Shown here: positions 45,635 to 54,706 of the stretch, one piece after another
Position numbering within the stretch: position 1 is the stretch's first letter
How the letters are laid out: every line of letters starts with the position of its first letter
Assembly: GCA_964439805.1 (NCBI GenBank)
Contig: CAYTOI010000005.1
Coordinates: forward strand, 1 to 63,365
Direction: 5' to 3'
Origin: an uncultured Pseudomonadales bacterium
Lineage (GTDB): Bacteria; Patescibacteriota; Microgenomatia; UBA1400; MFAQ01
Length of the DNA stretch: 63,365 nt
Position numbers and translations under genes: made by a program
The notes under the pieces: model-generated
Told to the model about the DNA's origin: nothing
Databases searched by the model: none
What the model saw: the letters and a program-made list of their open reading frames with translations, nothing else

Positions 45635-46508
45635 ATTTTTTATTGACGAGGGATAAGACCTCTTTGTCGGTTCTGGTAAAGACAATGTTTTGGACGGGGT
45701 TATATGTTATGAATCTGAAAAGTGCTGAAAGAATTACTTTTAAATAGCCTGGATGCTTGAGTGTATGGCTTAATAAATATTTTTTGTGAGCAACTGCCAA
45801 ATCTTTATCAGTTATGTTTATCCAGTTGAAGAGTAACTCGTTTCTTTGTTTGGTTAGACTCACGTAGCTTGGCTTAAGCTTTTTGCTGGTGGATTCGTGT
45901 TCGTGGTGGACAATGGACTTGTTGTCCCAGATAGTTTTGTACCCCATTTTCCAAGCGCGGTAACAGATATCGATATCTTCCCAGTAGAAAGGGGCATAGA
46001 TCTCGTTAAAGCCTCCTATACTATCCCAAATGCTACGTCGAAAAATGGCACTACCGCCCGATGCCCACGCTGAGTAATAAGGCTCACTTTTATCCTCTCC
46101 CCTGGTGAACTGAATTTTTCCCTGACTCCAAGTAAGGTTTGGCCAAGAGGAAGTTGATTCGTTGAATGAAACAGCAAAAACTTTTTCGTCTTTGAAATAT
46201 TTGAGGATATCTCTGAGATACCCTTTTTCTGGTCTGACGTCGTTATTTAGTAGTACCAAAAAATCTGCCTTAGAAACTGCTACTCCCTGGTTAACTGGCT
46301 TGGTAAAAATTAGATTGGTTTCGTTTTCTACGACCACTACATCTTTGTAGTTTTGTTTGAGCCACTCAACTGTACCGTCGGTACTGCCATTGTCGACAAT
46401 AATGACTTTGTTTAAAAAATCGGTGTTTTTTATTATTTCTGGTAAGTGTTTTTCTAGCAAATATTTACCATTGAAGCTGGGGATTATGACGTCTACTGTA
46501 AAGTTCAT
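45621..46508 (-). CDS. GT2 glycosyltransferase (WbbL-like subgroup)
   Basis: 295 aa. Motifs: 'FTVDVIIPSFNGKYLLEKHLP', 'IIVDNGSTDGT', 'LLNNDV', 'FYWEDIDICYRAWKMGYK'. Confidence 0.85.
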   Translation of the reverse strand: MNFTVDVIIPSFNGKYLLEKHLPEIIKNTDFLNKVIIVDNGSTDGTVEWLKQNYKDVVVVENETNLIFTKPVNQGVAVSKADFLVLLNNDVRPEKGYLRDILKYFKDEKVFAVSFNESTSSWPNLTWSQGKIQFTRGEDKSEPYYSAWASGGSAIFRRSIWDSIGGFNEIYAPFYWEDIDICYRAWKMGYKTIWDNKSIVHHEHESTSKKLKPSYVSLTKQRNELLFNWINITDKDLAVAHKKYLLSHTLKHPGYLKVILSALFRFITYNPVQNIVFTRTDKEVLSLVNKKYEQN

Positions 46509-46545
46509 CGTAGTGTAATTTTACCTTATTTAAAGTAATCTGAGA

Positions 46546-46551
46546 TAAAAT
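46546..46551 (+). promoter_or_regulatory. -10-like hexamer TAAAAT (or TGAGATAAA extended form), 5 nt upstream of the ATG at 46557
   Basis: CTGAGATAAAATAAGAT-ATG in the 48-nt divergent intergenic region. No SD. Confidence 0.3.
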
Positions 46552-46556
46552 AAGAT

Positions 46557-48104
46557 ATGTTTGGAATCATTTTGATAATTTGTTTACCTGTAGTTTGGAG
46601 CCTGTTTAAGAGCGGTTTCTATTACTCCCATGACGGAGCCTTTCACCTGGTTCGCTTGGGTCATTTTTTCAATGAACTAATGGCCGGTCAGTTCCCTGTA
46701 AGGTACTCGCAAGATTTGTTTTTTCGACATGGTTACCCTGTGTTTAACTACTTTTATCCTCTCCCATATTACTTTGGTTCTTTAATCCACTTTTTGGGTT
46801 TTGATCTGGGTAGCTCCATTAAGATATTAATGGGTATATCAACTATTGGATCAATTTGGTTTTTTTATCTTTTTCTGGAAAAACTTTTTGGGAAGTGGCC
46901 AGCAGTGATTGCTAGTGTTTTGTGGGCATATTTCCCTTATAGACTCCTTGCCATGTATGTAACCGGATCAATTGGAGTGATAATGGCTTTGTTTTGGGTA
47001 GCTCTTGCTTTGTTTGCAGTAAGCAGGCACAGGAGTACACTTTTATCTTTTTCAGTTGCTGGTCTGATACTTTCGCACAATGTCTCCGCACTTATGTTTT
47101 TGCCAATAATCTTATTAATTTCAATAATATTAAATTTTGGTGATAAAAGAAAAATAATTACAGAATCTCTTGCCATGTTTTTGGGGGTAGCTTTGTCTAG
47201 TTTTTTTATTGTGCCAGCTCTTTTGGAAAAATATATGGTACATCTTGATCCCCCTGTTGTTAACTATTTGGATCACTTCCCCACCTTTAAGCAGCTTTTA
47301 TACTCTCCATGGGGTTACTGGTATTCTGAAAAAGGACCAAAGGATGGGCAATCACTTCAAGCTGGTTTTGCAATCTGGATGGCACTTGGGTTAAGCGTAT
47401 TGGGACTTTTTAAAAATAAAAAAAGTAAGCTACCTTTGTTTTTGATTATTATTTTTGGGGTAACGATTTTTTTGATGCTTGAGAACTCTAACTTTATTTG
47501 GAAATTAATTCCAATTTTGCCTCAAATACAGTTTCCCTGGAGACTGTTAGCTGTGACAGGACTACTGGGGTCAATTCTTTCTGCTTTTGCAACCAAAAGC
47601 TGGCGATGGCTTGGACTACCTTTGATAGCACTAGCTTTGTTTAATAGTAGAAATTATCTGAGACCAATGGAATCTGTTCGATACCCAGACAAATTCTATC
47701 AAGACCAAACATCACTTTGGTTTGGAACAACGGATATTGCCAGCGAAAGTACTCCTCGATGGGTGACCCAATCTCCTAACTGGTTTGATAATAACGTTGT
47801 CGCAACAACTTCGGGAGACATAAAGGTTTTAAAAGCTACCAAAAATAACATCGGCTGGATATTTGAAACAAACGCAAAAAAAGGAATAATTGAAACAAAC
47901 TTAATTTATTATCCAATGTGGACCACAAATACAAAAAATGTTAATTTGAATAAAAATCCAATTGGATATACTCAATTGAAAGTTACTGAGGGAGTAGATA
48001 AGGTTGATTTGAATTTGAGCCAAACTCCAATTGAAAGGACGGGAAATATAGTTTCCGTGCTGGCTTTGCTTGCAATTATTTTTGTTTGGTTCCTGAAGCT
48101 GTGA
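46557..48104 (+). CDS. PTPS-related-domain type polytopic membrane protein (GT-C-like)
   Basis: 515 aa. 'SHDGAFHLVRLGHFFNELMAGQFPVRYSQDLFFRHGYPVFNYFYPLPYYF' matches the HD..FHL.R...... P.W....... GYP.F.FY.PL.YY signature I associate with the membrane family named '6-pyruvoyl-tetrahydropterin synthase related'. Confidence 0.7.
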   Translation: MFGIILIICLPVVWSLFKSGFYYSHDGAFHLVRLGHFFNELMAGQFPVRYSQDLFFRHGYPVFNYFYPLPYYFGSLIHFLGFDLGSSIKILMGISTIGSIWFFYLFLEKLFGKWPAVIASVLWAYFPYRLLAMYVTGSIGVIMALFWVALALFAVSRHRSTLLSFSVAGLILSHNVSALMFLPIILLISIILNFGDKRKIITESLAMFLGVALSSFFIVPALLEKYMVHLDPPVVNYLDHFPTFKQLLYSPWGYWYSEKGPKDGQSLQAGFAIWMALGLSVLGLFKNKKSKLPLFLIIIFGVTIFLMLENSNFIWKLIPILPQIQFPWRLLAVTGLLGSILSAFATKSWRWLGLPLIALALFNSRNYLRPMESVRYPDKFYQDQTSLWFGTTDIASESTPRWVTQSPNWFDNNVVATTSGDIKVLKATKNNIGWIFETNAKKGIIETNLIYYPMWTTNTKNVNLNKNPIGYTQLKVTEGVDKVDLNLSQTPIERTGNIVSVLALLAIIFVWFLKL

Positions 48105-48123
48105 TGCTAGAATTAGTTTAATA

Positions 48124-50382
48124 ATGAAAAAAAATATTTTCAGTTGGCAATTGCCCCTAATAGTTCTTGCCACGATTTCCCTGATTTATTACTGGAGAAT
48201 TCTGGCTGGTAAAGTACCCTTTCCGGGAGACTTGTTGATAGGAGCGTATCTACCTTGGCTGGAATATAAATGGGGAAATGTTGTAGGTGTGGCTATAAAA
48301 AATACTCTGATTTCGGACATATTTTCTCAGTTTTTTCTCTGGAAAAATGAAATTGGGAGAAACTATGCGATGGGACAGTGGCCACTGTGGAACCCCTACT
48401 CTTATTCTGGATACCCTCTACTTGCAAATTTTAACTCCGGCGCACTTAACCCTCTTAACATATTGTTTGTAATTTTTGGATCTATAAATGGCTGGTCTAT
48501 GTTTGTATATGTTCAGACCTTGGGAAGCGCTCTTGCAATGTATTATTTTTTGAGAACATGCAAAAGAGAGACTTTGTCTGCCTATTTGGGCGCGGTTGTT
48601 TATGCTTTTGGTGGCTTTTCGATTCTTTGGTCACAATTTGTAAACGTGGGGGTAACAATGATCTGGATTCCTCTCATTTTGAATTCCATTGAACTAACTT
48701 ATTTAAAAAAAGACAATAAATATCTTTTGCCCATAGCACCACTTTTGTTTTTGATAGTTTTGGCTGGCCACTTACAAGCACTTGTATACACAGCTGTAAT
48801 TACGGTGTGTTATTTTGTTTATAGACTTGGTATTAGAAATATTTCTTACAACATTTCTTTTTTTATTCTTGGAATGCTAGCTATAGGGATGAGTATGATT
48901 CAGCTTCTTCCTACTATTGAACTTATGGGACTATCTATAAGATTCGCTGATAAATTTGTAGATGGTATCAACAACGGTCTTCTTCCATTAAGGAACTTAA
49001 TCACCTTGGTTGCACCCGATTTTTTTGGCAACCCTTCTACTGGTAACCATTGGGGGTTTTTTGACTATCACGAGACGATGACCTATGTAAGCATGCTTGG
49101 ACTAGTAGGACTGTCCTACGCAATTTTTAATTTTAAAAAATTAGCGCAAGGGAAGTTCTTTGCAATCGTTGCCTTAGTAGCTCTACTAATGCAGTTTGAT
49201 ACACCCTTAGGACAAGCAATATACACTTACAAGTTCCCATTTTTATACACCAGTGTTGCAGGCAGAATTAACATGATCTTGCTACTTTCGGCATCAATAC
49301 TTGTTGCTGAGTTCGCAGATAATGTTAAAAACCTTAACTTTAAGAGTAAACTGCTCACATTTATACCAATTTTTGGTGCTATTTTTGCCTTTGGGATAAT
49401 AAGTTATGGATACCTAAAGCTAAATTGGGACATTTCTTGGCTAGGGAGGGTAAGCGCTAAAAATATAAATACAGGAATGAGAAACCTTGCGATTCCTGGA
49501 TTACTATCGGGAGCAATTTTTATGATTGTATTGCTCTCAAATAAATTTAAGCATTGGAAAGTCTTATTACTTCTTGTTTTAATGGCGGATGTTTTTAGGT
49601 TTGGATGGAAATATATTCCTTTTGTCCCCAAAAACTACATTTATCCAGAAACTGAGGTTACAAAATTTCTAAAAGGTGATAAAGGAGTTTACCGTATTGA
49701 AAAAGAGCTCGGTGAAATAATGCCACAGAACACTTGGACAGCATATCAATTTATGAGCCCTTCTGGATATGACCCAATGGCTCTAACTAGCTACACAAAA
49801 GCTTTTAGTAAGGATATAAACTTTGTACAAAATCCTGGCGTAACTAGATTTAGCGAAATAAATACTTATAACGCAGGAGCTCTAGGGAAATACAATGTTA
49901 AATATCTACTAGCAATAAAACGAGATAAAGAGGCTAAACTTGGTGGTGACTATCTGAACCACAACATCAATATAAAGGAGTGGAAAAAAGTGTTTGAAAC
50001 TAAGATGGTAGCAGTTTTGGAGAACACTAAATATCAGGAAAGAGCCAGAGTTGTTTTTGCGAATGGTAAACAGGCTAGCGGATCTGCAAAAATATCTAGC
50101 TATACTAACAATAGAATTGTTGTTGACTTTGAAAATAATAATGGAGACGAGCTTTTACTTGCTGACACATTTTACCCTGGATGGATAGCAAAAATTGATG
50201 GGGCAAAAGCAAATATTAGTGACAAGACTGTGCCTTTTAGGACTGTAGATATTAAAGGTAAAAAGTCAGGTCAAGTAGTTTTTGAATACAAACCTAAGTC
50301 TTTTTATAACGGACTACTGATCTCAATTATTAGCTTATTTTCCTGGACTGTCTGGCTAATAATTTCAAGAAAATCTACTTAA
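48124..50382 (+). CDS. YfhO-family GT-C membrane glycosyltransferase
   Basis: 752 aa. Motifs: 'FPGDLLIGAYLPWLEYKWG', 'GQWPLWNPYSYSGYPLLANFNSGALNPLN', C-terminal 'FYPGWIAKIDGAKANI', plus a final TM segment. Confidence 0.75.
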   Translation: MKKNIFSWQLPLIVLATISLIYYWRILAGKVPFPGDLLIGAYLPWLEYKWGNVVGVAIKNTLISDIFSQFFLWKNEIGRNYAMGQWPLWNPYSYSGYPLLANFNSGALNPLNILFVIFGSINGWSMFVYVQTLGSALAMYYFLRTCKRETLSAYLGAVVYAFGGFSILWSQFVNVGVTMIWIPLILNSIELTYLKKDNKYLLPIAPLLFLIVLAGHLQALVYTAVITVCYFVYRLGIRNISYNISFFILGMLAIGMSMIQLLPTIELMGLSIRFADKFVDGINNGLLPLRNLITLVAPDFFGNPSTGNHWGFFDYHETMTYVSMLGLVGLSYAIFNFKKLAQGKFFAIVALVALLMQFDTPLGQAIYTYKFPFLYTSVAGRINMILLLSASILVAEFADNVKNLNFKSKLLTFIPIFGAIFAFGIISYGYLKLNWDISWLGRVSAKNINTGMRNLAIPGLLSGAIFMIVLLSNKFKHWKVLLLLVLMADVFRFGWKYIPFVPKNYIYPETEVTKFLKGDKGVYRIEKELGEIMPQNTWTAYQFMSPSGYDPMALTSYTKAFSKDINFVQNPGVTRFSEINTYNAGALGKYNVKYLLAIKRDKEAKLGGDYLNHNINIKEWKKVFETKMVAVLENTKYQERARVVFANGKQASGSAKISSYTNNRIVVDFENNNGDELLLADTFYPGWIAKIDGAKANISDKTVPFRTVDIKGKKSGQVVFEYKPKSFYNGLLISIISLFSWTVWLIISRKST

Positions 50383-51919
50383 TTCTTAGTACAAACAGCT
50401 TGGGACTGATGTTGTAAGTGGTTGCTGACTTTAGATTGTATTTTCCGAAGCTATTTAGCCAGTTTAAGTATAGCTTTTCGTTTTCTCCTTTTTCGACAAT
50501 CATAAAGACAGGGTCTGCTGAACTCTTTTCTCTTTGAGGAGTATGGAATAACTTCATATCCTCTATATAATCTGGCTGGTCTGGAAGATAAGTAAGGTCT
50601 GATGGCATGTAACCATAAGTTTTTTTACCGTACCACCAAAACAGGTATTGATATGTATAGTCGATAACAGATGGAAGATAGACATAGACCTTAAAGTTTT
50701 TTCCGTTTGCTTCTTTATAGACGTATTCCATGGCCTTTATCTGGTTTGAGAGACTACTGGGGTCATCAGAGGGGTTCACTTTGATAGTTTTGAGATACTT
50801 GCTGTAGTTTGTAGAGACTGCATAAAAGCTAAACACAATAACCAAGGCGGATAATGTTTTTCCCCACTTTGAACCGATTGCTATCTGGTAAAGAAATGTA
50901 GCAGTAAGAAAAATAAAAAATACTGGTAAGCCCAGGGTGTACCAGGACTTTAAGTTTTGAGAAAAAATAAGATAAAAGACAAAAGAGGTTGCCAGGAATC
51001 CGAGAGATAGGAATAAACTTTGAACAACTAAATTGGAAACTTTTTTCTTTATAATCAGAAGTAGCAAAACTAGTAAAGAAATTACAAAGAGATAAAGCAG
51101 GAAATTGTTTTGAATATGATTTGTCTCGCGAATTGCCCCAGCATAAACCTGTCCTCTTTGGATAAATTTTTGGGCAAAGAGGAGTTTTTTGCCCAAGATG
51201 TCTGAAGAGCCAGAGAGCCCGGCAAAAAGTGTTTTACTCATCACAAAACTGTGTCTGAATTCAAATAGAATTTGAGGGACAATGGTCAGAAGAAATGAAA
51301 AGAGTAAGGCTAATAAATTTTTTAGAGTCTTTCTGTTTAGTAGTAAAAAGATTACAGAAAATGGAACAAAAATAACTCCAAAAGCAGCTTCTACTTGTAG
51401 TGAAAAACCTATTAGTAAGCCTAATAAAATTAGCCATATTTGCTTAGTAGACCAGATTGATTTGAGTAAAAGGGCTACAAAGAGAATGACAAAGATTGGC
51501 ATGGCGTTGGCATTCCAGAAATACCTAGCAGTATAAAAACCCATGGGAGAAAGCAACAGGAGTGTGCTCGTGATATCGGCGAGGAGTTTGCTTTTTTGCT
51601 TTAAAACTAGCCACAAAACTATGACTGATAGCTGAAACCAAAATATTTGCCAGTAAACAATAGCAGCTGGACTGCCGCCAAAGAGGATGAAAGGGATGGT
51701 GATGAAGTAATAATAAAATGGCCCCAACAAGACGCCGTTAATACTAGTTGTTGGCCCTACCAAACGAGGAGACTGAAAGACCACCATGTGCCGAACATCG
51801 ACCAGATCTCTACCTTGGTCAATAGTAAAGGCAAAATTGTTGCCAGCTACAGAAGAAATTTTTATGTAGGAACTAAGCAGAATGGAAACAAAAAATAACG
51901 CTGTAAAAAGCTTATTCAT
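50375..51919 (-). CDS. Family-B polytopic GT-C-like membrane protein
   Basis: 514 aa. 'FTIDQGRDLVDVRHMVVFQSPRLVGPTTSINGVLLGPFYYYF'. Its 3' end overlaps the convergent YfhO gene by 8 nt. Confidence 0.6.
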   Translation of the reverse strand: MNKLFTALFFVSILLSSYIKISSVAGNNFAFTIDQGRDLVDVRHMVVFQSPRLVGPTTSINGVLLGPFYYYFITIPFILFGGSPAAIVYWQIFWFQLSVIVLWLVLKQKSKLLADITSTLLLLSPMGFYTARYFWNANAMPIFVILFVALLLKSIWSTKQIWLILLGLLIGFSLQVEAAFGVIFVPFSVIFLLLNRKTLKNLLALLFSFLLTIVPQILFEFRHSFVMSKTLFAGLSGSSDILGKKLLFAQKFIQRGQVYAGAIRETNHIQNNFLLYLFVISLLVLLLLIIKKKVSNLVVQSLFLSLGFLATSFVFYLIFSQNLKSWYTLGLPVFFIFLTATFLYQIAIGSKWGKTLSALVIVFSFYAVSTNYSKYLKTIKVNPSDDPSSLSNQIKAMEYVYKEANGKNFKVYVYLPSVIDYTYQYLFWWYGKKTYGYMPSDLTYLPDQPDYIEDMKLFHTPQREKSSADPVFMIVEKGENEKLYLNWLNSFGKYNLKSATTYNISPKLFVLRIK

Positions 51920-51928
51920 TTGAGGTTT

Positions 51929-52996
51929 TCATTTTAATAGCGAGGTAATTTTGTCATTGAAGACTGACTGAGAAAATTGCTTGGAAGTTGCAATAAGTTT
52001 TTCGGTAAGGACTGCCTGAGCCGCATGATCTCTAGCCAGATCGGCTGTTTTGTTTGCTATTTGGGTACTGGTACTGCAGAGAAGTTCTGGGAAGCTTGCA
52101 AGGATTTCTTTTTGGCCACCTTTGGCAATAACCAACGGGATTGCTCCTGAAGCCATGGCTTCTACTGTGGTCATACCAAAATGCTCCACTTTTTCTGGCT
52201 CTTTTTCTTCATCGATATCAAAACCAGCAGCGTGCCAAAAAAATTGAGCTTTGCTATACAAATTCTTTAAAACATTAAAGTCTGGACTAGTAATGATTTC
52301 TACATTTAGATTTCCGGCTTGTTCTCTGAGAGAATCTACTAATATGCTATCCCCTACTACACCACCCGCTAAAACTAATTTGTAACCATCTACTTGCTCG
52401 GAAAGTTGCCTGAAGGCTTCTATCAAGACATCTTGTCTCTTTGAGTGACTAGGAGAGCCAAAGCGCGCAACTGAGAGAATTAGTTTTTCTTTTTGACTGA
52501 CGACTAGTTTATCTACATCAATTGGTGGATACAAAACAACGCCTTTGTTTTTGGCTAGACTTTTTTCGATTACTTTTTGAGTAAACTCAGAGTTGTAGAC
52601 AAATTTATTGATGAAAAAGCTTTTTACAAAATTAGTAATTGGATTTCCACCTAGAACAGTAAAGGGAACTTGAAAATGGACGAGGTTGTTTTTGCTGAAC
52701 AAAAATGGCAAGCTGCCGTCACTGACCCAAAAAATTAGATCGTAATTTTTGAAATAATTGTATTTATTTTTTAGAGAAGTTTTTTCGGTACAAATTTTAT
52801 AGGCAGATTCGCTGATGTGGAGACTCTCAAAGCTTATTCCAAACCTACTCTCGGCCTCCATAAGTGTCCCGACATGATTCCAAGCGATATCGACAGAATA
52901 ACCTTGGTTTGCTAGGCAAGAAGCAAAAGACAAGGTGTAGCGTTCTCCACCGCCAAGAGTGTTGAGATATGGATCGAAGATTAGTGCTTTTTTCAT
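51929..52996 (-). CDS. GT4 (group 1) glycosyltransferase
   Basis: 355 aa. 'KVEHFGMTTVEAMASGAIPLVIAKGGQKE' (E-x7-E region) and 'ILSVARFGSPSHSKRQDVLIEAF'. Confidence 0.8.
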   Translation of the reverse strand: MKKALIFDPYLNTLGGGERYTLSFASCLANQGYSVDIAWNHVGTLMEAESRFGISFESLHISESAYKICTEKTSLKNKYNYFKNYDLIFWVSDGSLPFLFSKNNLVHFQVPFTVLGGNPITNFVKSFFINKFVYNSEFTQKVIEKSLAKNKGVVLYPPIDVDKLVVSQKEKLILSVARFGSPSHSKRQDVLIEAFRQLSEQVDGYKLVLAGGVVGDSILVDSLREQAGNLNVEIITSPDFNVLKNLYSKAQFFWHAAGFDIDEEKEPEKVEHFGMTTVEAMASGAIPLVIAKGGQKEILASFPELLCSTSTQIANKTADLARDHAAQAVLTEKLIATSKQFSQSVFNDKITSLLK

Positions 52997-53799
52997 TTTT
53001 TATCACTCCACTCTTTGATAACATCTTTGTCGATTTGTGAATAGCTTTCTTTGAGAGATGGATTTCTTTGCATTTCCCACAGTCTTTCGTAAGTCATAAA
53101 TTTACTAAACATTTGGTAGATTATTTCTATCCAACCTTCTGTACCATCTCGCCATAAGCCTTGCTTAACGCACCTATCCCAAAACTCGGTAAGCATGATA
53201 CGAATAAATCTCCAGCCTGCCATGGGTGGATGATTTGCTTTGAGCAGCATTTCAGCTTCCAATTGTGACCAGACTAGAGTGCTATGAATTTTTTCGTCAA
53301 TATTTTTGTGAGACAAATGAATCATTTGCTCTCTTAGGTTTCCTATAGTGCCGTTTATTTTTGGTTGTTCGTGGAGCTTGCCTTCCCATTTTACTAGCGC
53401 TTTTTTTTCTATCAACCTAAGAACTCTAGGGTCTCCCCAATGATTTAGGTGCTTGCCCAAAAATACTTCGAAGCGAGAAATGGTGTAGGCATTGTGTTTG
53501 GGTTCGGTGATTTCTTTTTGAATTTCTCTCGCCAATTTTACCGGTATTCTTTCGTCTGAGTCTATGTACAGCAACCAGTCCCCTTTTGCTTCTTTGGCAC
53601 CATCATTGCGCCATTTGGAAAAACTAGTGCCAGACGAATGAACAATTTTTAGCTTGTATTTGCGGCAGATTTCTAAAGTTTTGTCTGTGGAGCCAGTGTC
53701 TACAATTATTATTTCGTCTGCAAACTGACTAGAGACAATAGCGGGAATGATTTCGTTTTCTACGTTTCTTGTTAGGATAATGACTGATATTTTTGGCAT
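52993..53799 (-). CDS. GT2 glycosyltransferase (WaaE/KdtX-like subgroup)
   Basis: Motifs: 'ISVIILTRNVENEI', 'IIIVDTGSTDKT', 'YIDSDE', C-terminal 'GLWRDGTEGWIEIIYQ'. The track's start at 53946 gives a 49-aa leader overlapping the upstream gene. The ATG at 53799 (MPKISVIIL) lies 1 nt past the upstream stop. Confidence 0.8.
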   Translation of the reverse strand: MPKISVIILTRNVENEIIPAIVSSQFADEIIIVDTGSTDKTLEICRKYKLKIVHSSGTSFSKWRNDGAKEAKGDWLLYIDSDERIPVKLAREIQKEITEPKHNAYTISRFEVFLGKHLNHWGDPRVLRLIEKKALVKWEGKLHEQPKINGTIGNLREQMIHLSHKNIDEKIHSTLVWSQLEAEMLLKANHPPMAGWRFIRIMLTEFWDRCVKQGLWRDGTEGWIEIIYQMFSKFMTYERLWEMQRNPSLKESYSQIDKDVIKEWSDKK

Positions 53800-53800
53800 A

Positions 53801-54706
53801 TTATTTTTTGAAACTTCCCCAACCAAAGTTTCCGGTATAGAAGTCTTTGATGGCTTGTTTTTGAGTATTTGTACCTGTAAAAAGCATACGGAAACTTTCT
53901 CTAAATAATGCGAACTTGGCACGAAATGAAGCATAAGTAAAGCCAAATAATAGTCTGTTGCGGGTTAAGAAATAATCATTTAGAGGAGAACCTATACCAG
54001 AACTTTGGGCAACTTTGTGCCACATTTTTATGTTTGGGTCCATCATCAGCCTGTACCCGGCTCTTTTTATTCTTAAACCTAGGTCTGAGTCTTCGTTGTA
54101 CAAACAATATCTTTCGTCAAATAAGCCAACTTGCTTCAGGACTTCCAGCTTTGTAATAAAGAGACAGCCTGTTACAAAATCTGTATTAAGTACCTCGGAA
54201 TATTGACCATGGTCTACCTCATTAACTCCAATATGCGACCCCAGGACATTATTCCAATCATATTTTCCTCCAGCATACCAAATAACTTTTCCCAGTTCGG
54301 AAACCTTGTATTTTTTTTCAAACTCAAAACCTTTGGCGAAGTATATTAAACCGCCCACCACACCTACATTGTCGTCTGTAATTGGAGAGCTGAGGATACT
54401 TAATAAAAAGTCTTTCTCTACAATAGTGTCGTTATTTACTGTACCAATAATGTCAATTTCTTCGTCTATGCACTTTTGAAAACCAATATTGTTACCCGCT
54501 GCAAAACCAACGTTACCTGGACTAGAAAGATAAGTAGCATTTGGAAATTTGGTTAACTTGTTTTTTAAATCTTCTGAGCGAGAGTTGTCGACGACAAAAA
54601 TTTTGAACTCTATTCCTTGCGGAACGGTGCAGCTACTCAAATCTTCCACGATATTTAGCGTGTCGCTGTCACTATGGTAGTTTACGGTAACAATACCTAT
54701 TTTCAT
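53801..54706 (-). CDS. GT2 glycosyltransferase (WbbL-like subgroup)
   Basis: Motifs: 'KIGIVTVNYHSDSDT', 'FVVDNSRSED', 'VNNDT', 'LYNEDSDLGLRIKRAGYR'. The ATG at 54706 directly abuts the upstream stop (54703..54705). The track's start at 54832 is a 42-aa overlapping extension. Confidence 0.85.
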   Translation of the reverse strand: MKIGIVTVNYHSDSDTLNIVEDLSSCTVPQGIEFKIFVVDNSRSEDLKNKLTKFPNATYLSSPGNVGFAAGNNIGFQKCIDEEIDIIGTVNNDTIVEKDFLLSILSSPITDDNVGVVGGLIYFAKGFEFEKKYKVSELGKVIWYAGGKYDWNNVLGSHIGVNEVDHGQYSEVLNTDFVTGCLFITKLEVLKQVGLFDERYCLYNEDSDLGLRIKRAGYRLMMDPNIKMWHKVAQSSGIGSPLNDYFLTRNRLLFGFTYASFRAKFALFRESFRMLFTGTNTQKQAIKDFYTGNFGWGSFKK

